From the NCBI RefSeq assembly GCF_963921235.1, contig NC_086126.1:17794001-17858000 (forward strand): a DNA stretch of 64,000 nt. Reading direction: 5' to 3'. The stretch's first letter is position 1; every line of letters begins with the position of its first letter. This document shows, one piece after another, positions 35,735 to 48,030 of the stretch. This DNA is from Mobula hypostoma. Taxonomy: Eukaryota. Under the pieces are notes generated by a model. That model worked only from the letters and a program-made list of their open reading frames with translations, was not told the DNA's origin and ran no database searches. A program made the translations under genes and the position numbers.

Positions 35735-37689
35735 AAGTGTTGATGAAAAGTATTTATGACCCTTGGAAGTTTTCATCTTTTATTGTTTCACAACATTGAA
35801 TCACAGTGGAGTGAGACCACACCTGGAGTATTGTGTGCAGTTTTGGTCCCCTAATCTGAGGAAAGACATCTTTGCCATAGAGGGAGTACAAAGAAGGTTC
35901 ACCAGATTGATTCCTGGGATGGCAGGACTTTCATATGAAGAAAGACTGGATGAACTGGGCTTGTACTCGTTGGAATTTAGAAGATTGAGGGGGGATCTGA
36001 TTGAAACGTATAAAATCCTAAAGGGATTGGACAGGCTAGATGCAGGAAGATTGTTCCCGATGTTGGGGAAGTCCAGAACGAGGGGTCACAGTTTGAGGAT
36101 AAAGGGGAAGCCTTTTAGGACCGAGATTAGGAAAAACTTCTTCACACAGAGAGTGGTGAATCTGTGGAATTCTCTGCCACAGGAAACAGTTGAGGCCAGT
36201 TCATTGGCTATATTTAAGAGGGAGTTAGATATGGCCCTTGTGGCTACGGGGGTCAGCGGGTATGGAGGGAAGGCTGGGGCGGGGTTCTGAGTTGAATGAT
36301 CAGCCATGATCATAATAAATGGCGGTGCAGGCTCGAAGGGCCGAATGGCCTACTCCACCTATTTTCTATGTTTCTATGTATTTGGCTTTTTTTTATACTG
36401 ATCGGTATGTACGGTACTGATCGATTATACGGTAAAAAAACTCATTTGTGTCAAAATGAAAACAGATCTCTACAAAGATCTCTAAATTAATTACAGATAT
36501 AAAAACATAAAACAATTGCCTGTATAAGTATTCACCCCCTTTAATATGACACACCAAATCATCACTTGTCCAGCCACTTGGTTTTAGGAGTTACATAATC
36601 AGTTTAATGGAGATCACCATGTGTAGTCAAGGTGTTTCAATTGATTGTAGTAAAATTATGTCTGTATCTGGAAGGTCCAACTACTGGTGAGTCGGTATCC
36701 TGGGAGAAACTACACCATGAAGACAAATTAACACTCCAAGCAGCTCTGCAAAAAGGTTATTGAAAATCACATGTCAGGAGATGGATCCAAGTCACTAAAT
36801 ACCCTTGGAGTACAGTTATGTCAATCATCCAGAAATGGGAAGAATATGACACAGCTGTAAATCTGCCAAGAGCAGGTCATCCTCAAAAACTGAGTGACGG
36901 TGCAAGAAGGGGACCAGTGAGAGAGGCTCCAAGTGACCTGTGACAACTCTGGAGGAGTTACAAGCTGCAGTGGCTGAGATGGGAGAGACTGTGCAGACAA
37001 CAACTGTTGCCCAGGTGCTTCACCAGTTGCAGCTTTTTGGGAGAGTGGTGAAGAGAAAGCCACTGAAAAATACTCTCATGAAGCCTTGCCTGGAATTTGC
37101 CAGAAGAAGTGACAGACCCTGAAGTCAGCTGGAAGAAGTTTCTGTGGTCTGACATAAACAAAATTGCCCTTTTTGACCATCAAACTGAACACTAAGTTTG
37201 GCGGAAGCCAATGACCGCAAGCACAAAACCAAAGCTACACAGGAACACCTTAAAACAAAGTTAGTGTCCTGCAGTGGCCAAGTCAGAGTCCAGACCTCAA
37301 TCCAATTGTGGCTGGACTTGAAATGGACAGTTCGCGTACAAACTGCATGCATTCTGACAGATCTTCAGCAGTTCTGTAAAGAAGAAGGGGGAAAATTGCA
37401 GTGTCCAGGTGTGCAAAGCTGATAGAGACCTATCCACACAGAGTCTACTATGATTATTGCCAAATGTGCATCATCTAATTACAGAATTGAAGGAGGTGAA
37501 CACTTCTCCATCAACTATTTTGTGTTTTATATTTGTAATTAATTTAAATCCCTTTGTAAAGATCTTTTCATTTCGACTCCACGGTGTCTTTTCTGATGAT
37601 CAGTGTTTTAAATTAAATCCACTATGATTCAATGTTGTAAAACAATAAAACATGAAAACATCCAGTGAGACTAAATACTATAGGCACTG
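35735..37689 (+). mobile_element. Tc1-like DNA transposon, internally deleted, with long inverted repeats
   Basis: Left ITR 35735-35810 plus ~36380-36545; right ITR ~37485-37689 ending CACTG|TA; transposase relic from 36717 (paired/HTH-like, WKKFLWSD, W..QSPDLNPI). Confidence 0.85.
35811..36378 (+). mobile_element. Young CR1 3' fragment inserted in the Tc1 left ITR
   Basis: Open frame VRPHLEYCVQFWSPNLRKD...GKAG, near-identical to the C-terminus of the ORF at 55194. Confidence 0.92.
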
Positions 37690-37909
37690 TATCCACCCCC
37701 TCACCAGCACGTTATGAACAAACCCACCCTGCTCCTTTCCATTTTGCAGATTCCATGTGGAACATTGAACATGATGGAATGTCGAATTCCCAGTCCCAGT
37801 CTCCTTAACCATGTCCCTGCAATAGCTGGTAGATCAAACATATTCGTCAATACACAATATGGAATAGATGGCAACCTGCCCCTCGGCCCACAATATCTGC
37901 GCCAATCAT

Positions 37910-38460
37910 AATAATGATCAGACTTTATACAGTACTGGTGAGGTCTCACTTGGAGTATTGTGAGCAGTTCTGGGCCCTTTATCGTAAGAAGGATGGGCTG
38001 AAACTGGATGGGTTTCAAAGGATGTTCTCGAAATTGATTCCAGGATTAAACTTCTTGTCATATGAAGAGCGTTTAATGGCTCTGGGCCTGTATTCACTGG
38101 AATATCAAATGGTGAAAGGCCTTGATAAATTGGATGTGCAGAGGATGGGAGTATCTGAGACCAGAGGATGCAGGCTCAGAGTAGAGGAGGATCCTTGTAG
38201 AATGTGGAGGTGAGGAATTTCTTGAGTCACAGAGTGGTGAATCTGTGGAATTCATTGCCACAGGCAGCTCTTGATCCAAGACTTCATGTATATTTAAGGT
38301 AGAGATTGATAGATTCTTGATTGGTCAGAGCATGAAGGGACACATGGAGAAGGCAGGAGACTGGGGCTGAGAGGAAAAATGGATTAGCCACAATGAAATG
38401 TCGGAGCAGACTCGATGGGCCAAATGGTCAAATTCTACTTCCTATACCTTATAGTCTGTA
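37910..38460 (+). mobile_element. CR1 3' fragment
   Basis: LVRSHLEYCEQFWA and YEERLMALGLYSLE. Confidence 0.8.
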
Positions 38461-38629
38461 TCACCACCTCACAAACCTCGAGCAACTTTGTAAAGTGTGA
38501 TCTGCCCACACAAAACCATGCTGATTGTTCCTAAGGAGGCCATGCCTTTCCAAATGTGCATAAATCCTGTACATCAATATCCTCCCCAGTAGCTTCTCTA
38601 CCACTGAAATGAGGCTGCCCTGCCCATAG

Positions 38630-41600
38630 AAACACAGAACCTACAGCCCAATACAGGCCCTTCAGCCCACCAAGCTCTGCCGATCATGTCCTTACCTTAG
38701 AATTACCTCGGCTTACCCATAGCCCTCTGTTTTCCTAAGCTGCATGGATCCACCCAGGCGTCTCTTAAAAGACCCCATTATTCCACCTCTACTGCTGCCG
38801 CCGGCAGCCAAGTTCACACACTCACCACTCTCTGCATTTATATAAAAAAAAATCTTTGTACCTACTTCCAAGCACCCTAAAACTATGCCCCCTCATGCTA
38901 GCCATTTCCGCCCTGGGAAAAAGCGTCTGACTATCCACACGATCAACGCCTCTCACTAACTTGTACAGAGCTATCAGGTCACCTTTCATCCTCCGTCACT
39001 CCAAGGAGAAAAGGCCAAGTTCACTCAACCTTTTCTGATAAGGCATGCTCCCCAATCCAGGCAACATCCTTGTAAATCTCCTCTGCACCCTTTCTATGGT
39101 TACCACGTTCTTCCTGTAGTGAAGCAACCAGAATTGAGCACAGTACTCTAATGGGGTCTGACCAGGGTCCTATACAGCTGCAACATTACCTCTCGGCTCT
39201 TAAACTCAATCCCACAGTTGATGAAGGTCAATTCACTAGATGCCATCTTAACCAGAGTCAACCTGCGTACCAGCTTTGAGTGTCCTATGGGCTCAGACCC
39301 CAAGATCCCTCTGATCCTTCACACTGCCAGGAGTCTTACCATTATTGCTGTATTCTGACATCATATTTGACCTAGCAAACCTATCTGGGTTGAGCTCTAT
39401 CTGCCACATCTCAGCCCAGTTTTGCATCCTACCAATGTCCCGCTGTAACTTCTGAGAGCCCTCCACACTATCCACAACCCCTCCAACCTCTCCAACCTTT
39501 GTGTCATCAGCAAATTTACTAACCCATTCCTCCACTTCCTCATCCAGGTCATTTATAAACATCATGAAGAGTAGGGGTCCCAGAACAGATCCCTGAGGCA
39601 CACCAATGGTCACTGACCTCCAAGCAGAATATGACCCATCTACAACCACTCTTTGCCTTCTGTTGACAAGCCAGTTCTGGATCCAGAAAGGAATGTCCCC
39701 TTAGATCCCATGCCTCCTTACTTTCTCAATAAGCTTTGCATGGGGTACCTTATCAAATCCCATGCTGAAATGCATTTACATTACATCTGGGGCTCTACCT
39801 TCATCAATGCGTTTAGTGAAATCCTCAAAAAATTTAATCAGGCTCGTAAGGCATGACCTGCCTTTGACAAAGCCATGCTGACTATTCCTAATCATATTAT
39901 GCCTCTCCAAATTTTCATAAATCCTGCCTCTCAGGATCTTCTCCATCAACTTACCAACTACTGAAGTAAGACTCACTGTTCTATAATTTCCTGGGCTATC
40001 TCTACTCCCTTGAATAAGGGAACAACGTTCGCACCCTCCAATCCTCCGGAACCTCTCCCTTCGTTATTGATGATGCAAAGATCATCGCCAGAGGCTCAGC
40101 AATCTCCTCCCTCACTTCCAACAGTAGCCAGCGGTACTTCCTGGTCCAGTCCCAGTGACTTATCCAACTCGATGCTTTCCAAAAGCTCCAGTACATCCTT
40201 AATATCTATATGCTCAAGCTTTTCAGTCACCTGCAAGTCATCCCTACAATCGCCAAGATCATTTTCCGTAGTGAATACTGAACTCTTATCCTATTGCTCT
40301 TCACATACTTGTAGAATGCCTTGGGGTTTTCCTTCATCCCATCCGCCAAGGCCTTCGCATGGCACTTTCTGGCTCTCCTAATTTTATTCTTAAGCTCCTT
40401 CCTGCTAGCCTTGTAGTCTTCTTGATTCTTATCATTACCAAGTTTTTTTGAACTGTTCGTAAGCTCTTCTTTTCTTCTTGACTGGATTTACAACCACCTT
40501 TGTACACGACGGTTCCTGTACCCTACCGTCCTTTCCCTGTCTCATTGGAACGTACCTGTGCAGAACCCTACACAAATATCCCCTGAGGATTTGCCACATT
40601 TCTTCCGTACGTTTCCCTGAGAACATCTGTTTCCAATTTATGCTTCCAAGTTCCTGCCTGATAGCCTCATGTTGCCCCTTACTCCAATTAAATGTTTCCC
40701 TAACTTGTCTGTTCCTATTCCTCTCCTATACTATGATAAAGGAGATAGTATTGTGATCATTATCTCCAAAATGCCCTCCCACTGAGAGACCTGACACCTG
40801 ACCAGGTTCATTTCCCAATACCAGATCAATCACAGCCTCTCTTCTTGTAGGCTTATCTACATATTGTATCAAGAAACCTTCCTGAACACACCTAACAAAC
40901 TCCACCCCATCGAAACTCCTCACTCGAGGGAGATGCCATTCAATATTTGGGGAAATTAAAATCTCCCACCACAACAACTCTGTTATTGTTACACCTTTGC
41001 AGAATTTGTCTCCCTATCTGCTCCTCGATGTCCCTGTTACTATTGGGTGGTCTATAAAAAACACCCTGTAGAGTTATTGACCCCTTCCTATTCCGAACTT
41101 CCACCCACAGAAACTCCGTAGACAACCCCTCCATGACTTCCTCCTTTTCTGCAACTGTGATACTATCCCTGATCAACAGTGTCATGCCCACACCTGTTTT
41201 GCCTCCCTCCCTGTCCTTTCTGAAACATCTAAAGCCTGGCACTTGAAGTAGCCATTCCTGCCCCTGCACCATCTAAGTCTCTGCAATGGCCACAACGTTA
41301 TAGCTCCAAGTGCTGATCCACGCTCTAAGCTCATCCACTTTGTTCATAATATTCCTTGCATTAAAATAGACACATCTCAAACCATCCGGTCTGAGCGCAT
41401 CCCTTGTCTATCATCTGCCTCTCCTCCTTTTCCAAGCTTTCTCTGTTTGAGTGCCAACCTCCCTTTCATCCATCACTTCAGTTTGGTTCTCACCCACCAG
41501 CAATTCTAGTTTAAACTCTCCCCAGTAGCCTTAATAAACCTCCATGCTAGGATATTGGTCCCCCTCGGATTCAAATGCACCTAGTCCCTTTCGTACAGGT

Positions 41601-42330
41601 CACACCTGCCCCAAAAGCAGTCCCAATGATCCAGAAATCTGAATCCCTGCCCCCTGCTGCAATCCTTCAACCAGGCATTTATCCTCCACCTCATTCTATT
41701 CCTATTCTCACTGTCACATGGCACAGGCAGTAATCCCGAGATTACTACCTTTGAGGTCCTACAGCTCAACTTCCTTCCAAACTCCCTGTAGTCTGTTTTC
41801 AGGATCTCCTCTCTTTTTCTACATGTGTCGTTGGTACCAATATGTACCACAACCTCTGGCTGTCCTTCCCACTTCAAGATATCATGAACATCCCTAACCC
41901 TGACACCTGGGAGACCGACGACCATCGGAGTTTCTTTCCTGCATCCACAGGATCGCCTGTCTGACCCCCTAACTATTGAGTCCCCTATCACTGCTGCCAT
42001 CCTCTTCCTTTCCCTGCTCTTCTGAGCCACAGGGTCAGACTCTGTGCCAGAGGTGTGACCACTGTTGTTTCCCCAGGAAGGTTGTTCCCCACCCCAACAG
42101 TACTCAAACAGGAGTACTTATTGTTAGGTGTGACAGATACTGGGGTACTCTCTAGCATCTGCCTCTTGCCCTTCCCTCTCCAGAGTGTTACCCACTTATC
42201 TGTCTCCCCAGGCCCCGGAGTGACTACCTGCCTATAGCTCCTCTCTATCACCTCCTCACTTTCCCCGACCAGACGAAGGTCATCGAGCTGCATCTCCAGT
42301 TCCCTAACACGGTCCCTAGGGAGCTGCAGC
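38630..42330 (-). mobile_element. Near full-length CR1 LINE (ORF1 SGNH esterase + ORF2), inactivated
   Basis: ORF1 VIGDSIVRG / VVHIGTND (41581-42030); APE GVFYRPPNS and VGDFNFP; RT QHGFVKGRSCLT, GVPQGSVLGP and FADDTK; frameshifted. Confidence 0.92.
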
Positions 42331-43037
42331 TCCTGGATTCTTGTTACTTCCCTTCTTGATCAAAGCTCTAACATTTGCTACACTCCAGTCCTGTGGGACC
42401 TCACATGTTGTGATCGAGGACACATAGAACCTTGTCAAATCCCCAGCAATCTTCCTTCACTATTGTAGGATATTTGCCTTCAGGCCCTGGAGTCTTATCC
42501 ATCTTATTGCTTTTCAGACATTCCAGCACAACTGCCTCCTTAATTTCAACACATCTCTGCACATTAGCATGCCCCACTCTGTTTTCATTGCCATTCAATT
42601 CCTTCACCTCCATAAATACTGACACAACGTACTCATTCAGTACCTCAGCCACTTGGTCTGACTTCAACCACATCATTCCTCCTCTAATCTTGAGTTGACC
42701 TTTCCACTCTCTGGTTATCCTCGTCTTATTCATACAAATCAAAAGCAGGGGAATCGACAAATTCCCAGAAATCCTTCAGTAAGTACGTGGTGTGTGAGGG
42801 AGTTTTGTTTTTCGCTGGAGCGCTTTGTGTCGGATGAATCGTTGGAAATTGGCGGTTGTGGAAAAGTGAAGGCGGAGCTGGACGATGAGAGGCCGGTCTC
42901 GGCTCTGTCCGTCACTCTGACTCTGTGTCCTCCCCTCCCCGCCTCTGTCTCTCTGCGCGTTTCTCGGGCAGGTCGGGGCGCTGTGTATAAAAGGAGACAG
43001 CAGCAGGCAGTTTGTCAGTGAGCAGCGACCTGAGTGA

Positions 43038-43358
<321 letters not shown>

Positions 43359-43391
43359 AAAACTCCCACCTCCTCCCGAGCACAAAACAAA

Positions 43392-43407
43392 GGCTCTTCT
43401 AAGAGCC
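43392..43407 (+). terminator. Histone 3' stem-loop (H4)
   Basis: GGCTCTTCTAAGAGCC followed by ACCCA. Confidence 0.95.
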
Positions 43408-44042
43408 ACCCACCGCCTCACAGACGGGGCCGTATCCACAGACTTTTGATTATTTTTTGTCGATATATTTACCTGAGTTACATTTGCAACAGATTAATCG
43501 GTTCCGCTTGAAATCTACCTGCCTTCCAGTCCGTGATTACAATAAAATCTCTGAATGCATTAAGGTCGATCTTAATCCTTTTATCCGTCTCGGACAGAAA
43601 TAAGTTTCCTCATTTAGAGAAACGATTCCGTAATTATGCATTTAAATCTTAACTGAGGGAATTAGATAGTAAATTTATTAAATGAAACTGAAATTGTATA
43701 ATCCGTGATAGAATTAATTGTAAATAAAAATAATCAGGCAGTTGCTGGCTGCTCTGAAATGGCGGGCGATTTAAAATTAATCCCGCGCTAATCACACTGC
43801 ATTCTGATTGGATGAAGTCCGACCGCCAGTGAACAATTTCCCATTTGGCCCTTAATTGTTATTCGCTGTCAGCCTGTATGAAATGAGTCAACCAATCGCA
43901 GCAACCAGCTCATTTAATAGACACCTGATGACGAGCCAATCAGAGGCGATGGGACGGCCCTTCTCAGACAGTATATAATCCTGTCCCTGAACCCGTTTCG
44001 TCTATCTTGTTCCTGTATTTCAGCCTGTGTTCTCGGTTCTGA

Positions 44043-44459
<417 letters not shown>

Positions 44460-44488
44460 ACCCGGCCTCCACACCAAGCACAAGAAAA

Positions 44489-44504
44489 GGCTCTTTTAAG
44501 AGCC
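44489..44504 (+). terminator. Histone 3' stem-loop (H3)
   Basis: GGCTCTTTTAAGAGCC, then purine-rich HDE AAAGGAAAGGG. Confidence 0.95.
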
Positions 44505-45381
44505 ACTACCACAGCAAAGGAAAGGGCTGTCGCTTGCTGATCATTGTATTATTTTAGTGGCGATCTGCTCTCCTGATGGGGTTGTTCGGTTTTGCACTGA
44601 CTGACCGCGGTCATCAGCTGTTCTGTGCCGTCTGGTTGATTCAGCGAGGGACAGGAGGTGAACGCGCTCCCTCCCCGTCAGGGTCTCACCTGGCCCTTCA
44701 CTTCTCCCACGAACCAGCCATGTGCAGCTGCTGCGGGTGTTACCGTTACGTTTGCTTTGGACCTGCCTGGCTGTCCTTGGAGTGGGAGCATGCGGTCGCG
44801 ATGGGTACAGAGGGGGATTTCCTGGAGCAGTGACCCCAGGCAATAGTGCTTATTGTTTTTTAATTTGATTTCCCTCTCTTGTACATATTTAATGTTGGTG
44901 TTTTGTGTGAATAAACGTATGTAGTTTTGTGGCTGGTAACTGAATGAAGGTCAGTCGGCAATGTCACCGGGTAGTTTATCATATATCTTCCCCCTGCATC
45001 CATCCCCAGAGACGGATCCGTGTCTCAAGACGCCCCCTCCCCTCTCACATAGGTTTCAGCAGTTCCCAATCAACTCAGCTGAATCGGGTTTTGGGGTGTG
45101 AGGCGCGGAATCTCCGCTGGTGTCAGTATCTGTCACTCTCTCCCATGCCGGGAAAAGGAACTGGGCCTGCAACTGCATCACATGTCTCTCAATCTCTCTC
45201 TCACACACAGCCTGAGTGAAATTCAGTGTTTCACTTCAAATCTGGGACATCACGGCCACACTGAATGTCATAGAGGTACCGGGAATATCGGGTTTTATGC
45301 GAGAAGTTCCCCCGGAAAACTCATTCGGACCCGGCGCGGGAATCACGATATTCATGATCAGCTCCTTTCTGAGATGTGGGT

Positions 45382-45397
45382 GGCTCTGAGAAGAGCC
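45382..45397 (-). terminator. Histone 3' stem-loop (H1)
   Basis: Minus strand GGCTCTTCTCAGAGCC ACCCA...GAAAGGAGCTG. Confidence 0.95.
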
Positions 45398-45434
45398 GTT
45401 GGGTTCAAACACTTAAAAATGGTGTATTCTCGAT

Positions 45435-46103
45435 TTACTTTTTGACTGCTGTCTTCTTGGGCTTCGGCGCCGCTGGTTTCTTAGCTGCCGCTTTCTTAGC
45501 CGCTGGTTTCTTTGCTGCCGCTTTCTTGGCCGCTGGTTTCTTCACTGAGGCTTTCTTGGCCGCTGGTTTCTTCACTGAGGCTTTCTTGGCCGCTGGTTTC
45601 TTTGCTGCCGCTTTCTTGGCCGCTGGTTTCTTCGCTGCCGCTTTTTTAGCCGCTGGTTTCTTAGCTGCCGCCTTTTTAGCCGCTGGGTTCTTGGCGCCAG
45701 ACTTCTTGCTGGGAGATTTCTTGATGGCAGATTTCTTTACCGATGGCTTGTTCGCTTTCTTCACCGCTTTCACGGCACTTTTTCCTTGACCGGATTTAAA
45801 GGATCCCGAAAGACCCGCGCCCTTGGTCTGAACCAAGGAGCCGCTTTCCACTCTCTTCTTGATGCACATCCTGATCTGGGCGCGACGTTTCCCTACATCG
45901 ACACCGCTGCTGGTCAGAGCCTTCATGATGGCCACAGCGGACATCCCCTTCCTATCGCGACAATCCGCCACAATCTTATCGATTTGTTCGCCCAGCTTGG
46001 GACCGGCTGGTTTGCTCCGGCCGGCCGCCTTCTTCTTGGGAGTCTTCTTTACGGCGGCGGGTGCGGCTGGAGGAGCCGTTTCGGCGGGTGTTGTCTCGGT
46101 CAT
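45435..46103 (-). CDS. H1: Linker histone H1, divergent globular domain, 222 aa
   Basis: TET.P.PAAP N-terminus, winged-helix end [19 protein letters not shown]-rich tail of 30-bp repeats, stem-loop. Confidence 0.96.
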   Translation of the reverse strand: MTETTPAETAPPAAPAAVKKTPKKKAAGRSKPAGPKLGEQIDKIVADCRDRKGMSAVAIMKALTSSGVDVGKRRAQIRMCIKKRVESGSLVQTKGAGLSGSFKSGQGKSAVKAVKKANKPSVKKSAIKKSPSKKSGAKNPAAKKAAAKKPAAKKAAAKKPAAKKAAAKKPAAKKASVKKPAAKKASVKKPAAKKAAAKKPAAKKAAAKKPAAPKPKKTAVKK

Positions 46104-46169
46104 GTCGGCGACTCTGGAAAATGCTTCTCACAATCAGACTGAATGAGAAATAAAGCGAAAGGCGGGCAC

Positions 46170-46601
46170 AGAGCAATTTAAAGGCAGCGAGCGGACGGGG
46201 CGGAGACATCCTGCTGTCAGTTCCTGGCGGCTTCATTTTTCTGTGTTTCTCTCTCTCAAAAACTCTCCGATTCCAATTAAAATCGGACACTCCGGAGACT
46301 CGGACTGACCCCTGTCCGCCACTGAGGCCGCAAAATTCGCTGGAAATAAAGTTTATTCAAGATTAAAGGCAGCTCTTTCGATTTTAACCAGTTTCATTAT
46401 TGCGCTGCCCGCGATTTCTCTCCCGATCGGTGACCTGTTCTCTGCTTTTGGACTGAAATACTAAAAGTAACGAAAACTTTGCGGTTTATTCCAGCTTCGG
46501 GATTGAGCGGGAGAGTGAGGCGATTCCGTAACTGAGATTTTTTTTCATTTTGTTCATGAGACGCTGGGAAATCCTTCGATATGTTAGGACCCACAAACAC
46601 A
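46170..46601 (-). promoter_or_regulatory. H1 promoter: TTTAAA, GC box, H1 (AC) box, upstream TG box
   Basis: AAACACA on minus at 46242-46248; GGGCGG near 46198; inverted copy TGTGTTT at 46595-46601. Confidence 0.75.
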
Positions 46602-46723
46602 GCGACGCCAGTCTAAGCCGCCCGCCCCTTTAACACACTCTCTCTGACACAGTGCTCCCAGCAACACACACAGAAAATGCTGGTGAACACAGCAGGCCAG
46701 GCAGCATCTATAGGAAGAGGTAC

Positions 46724-46759
46724 AGTCGACGTTTCGGGCCGAGACCCTTCGTCAGGACT
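46724..46759 (-). ncRNA. Minimal hammerhead ribozyme motif (best-preserved copy)
   Basis: Minus strand AGTC-CTGACGA-A-GGGT-CTCG-GCCC-GAAA-CG-TC-GACT. Confidence 0.7.
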
Positions 46760-47189
46760 CTGGTGCTAAATGCGGCCTGACTTGCTGGGTTCCTCCAGCA
46801 TTTTGGCCATCAAAATAAAACGACAGTTTCCATGTCATATAACACTGATAAATCTGATTCTGATCCCAAGGAATAAAGGACAAAGAACATTGTCTGGCCA
46901 ATCTCCCTGTGCAACTGAGAACTACACTCTCCCCGGTTTAACCCCGTTTCCTATAACGGTGACAAGAGGCTGTACACAAATCGGCAAGTGTGGCCTCCGG
47001 TCACTTACACAACTGTATCATAATGTCCGAACTGATATACTCAATCGCCTGACTAATGAAGACCAGCATGTTACGTTCTTCATCACCCTGTCTACCAGTG
47101 ATATCTCTTTCAATGAACCGTGTGTGCACTTTACCCCTAAATCTCTCCAGTCCATTCCACTCCCTAATGACCGATCATTCACAGTGTAA

Positions 47190-48030
47190 GTTGATTTAAG
47201 CTGGTTAGAAGAGTGGGTTGAAAGAACGCAGATGGAGTTTAATGCTTATAAATATGAGGTGCTATATTTTGGTTGGACTAATCAAAATAGGACATACATG
47301 GTAAATAGTAGAGCAGTGAAGAATGCAGTACAACAGAGGGATCGAGGAATAGTGGTGCATAGTTCCCTGAAGGTGGAATCTCATGTGGTGTTGAAGAAAG
47401 CTTTTGGTATGCTGGCCTTTATAAATCAGAGCATTGAGTATAGGAGTTGGTATATAATGTTGTAATTGTACAAGGCATTGGTAAGGCCAAATTTAGAGTA
47501 TTGTGTACAGTTCTGGTCACCAAATTATAGGAAAGATGTCAAAAAAATTGAGAGAGTACAGAGAAGATTTACTAGAATGTTATGTGGGTTTCATCTAAGT
47601 TACAGAGAAAGGTTGAACAAGTTGGGTCTTTATTCTTTCAAACGTAGAAGGTTGAGGGGGGACTTGATAGAGGTATCTAAAATTATGAGGGGGATAGATA
47701 GAGTTGATGTGAATAGGCTTTTTCCATTGAGACTGGGGGAGATTCAAACAAGAGGACATGAGTTGAGAGTTAAAGGGCAAAAGTTTACGGGTAACATGAG
47801 GGGGGACTTCTTTATTCAGAGAGTGGTAGCTGTGTGGAGTGAGCTTCCAGCAGAAGTGGGTGAAGCAGGTTTGATGTTGTCATTTAAAGTTAAATTCAAT
47901 AGCTATATGGACAGGAAAGGAATAGAGGGTTATGGGCTGAGTGCAGGTTGGTGGGACAAGTAAGAGTTCAGCACAGACTAGAAGGGCCAAGATGGCCTGT
48001 TTCTGTGCTGTAATTGTTATATGGTTATAA
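47190..48030 (+). mobile_element. CR1 3' fragment
   Basis: LVRPNLEYCVQFWSPNYRKD and TRGHELRV. Confidence 0.88.
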
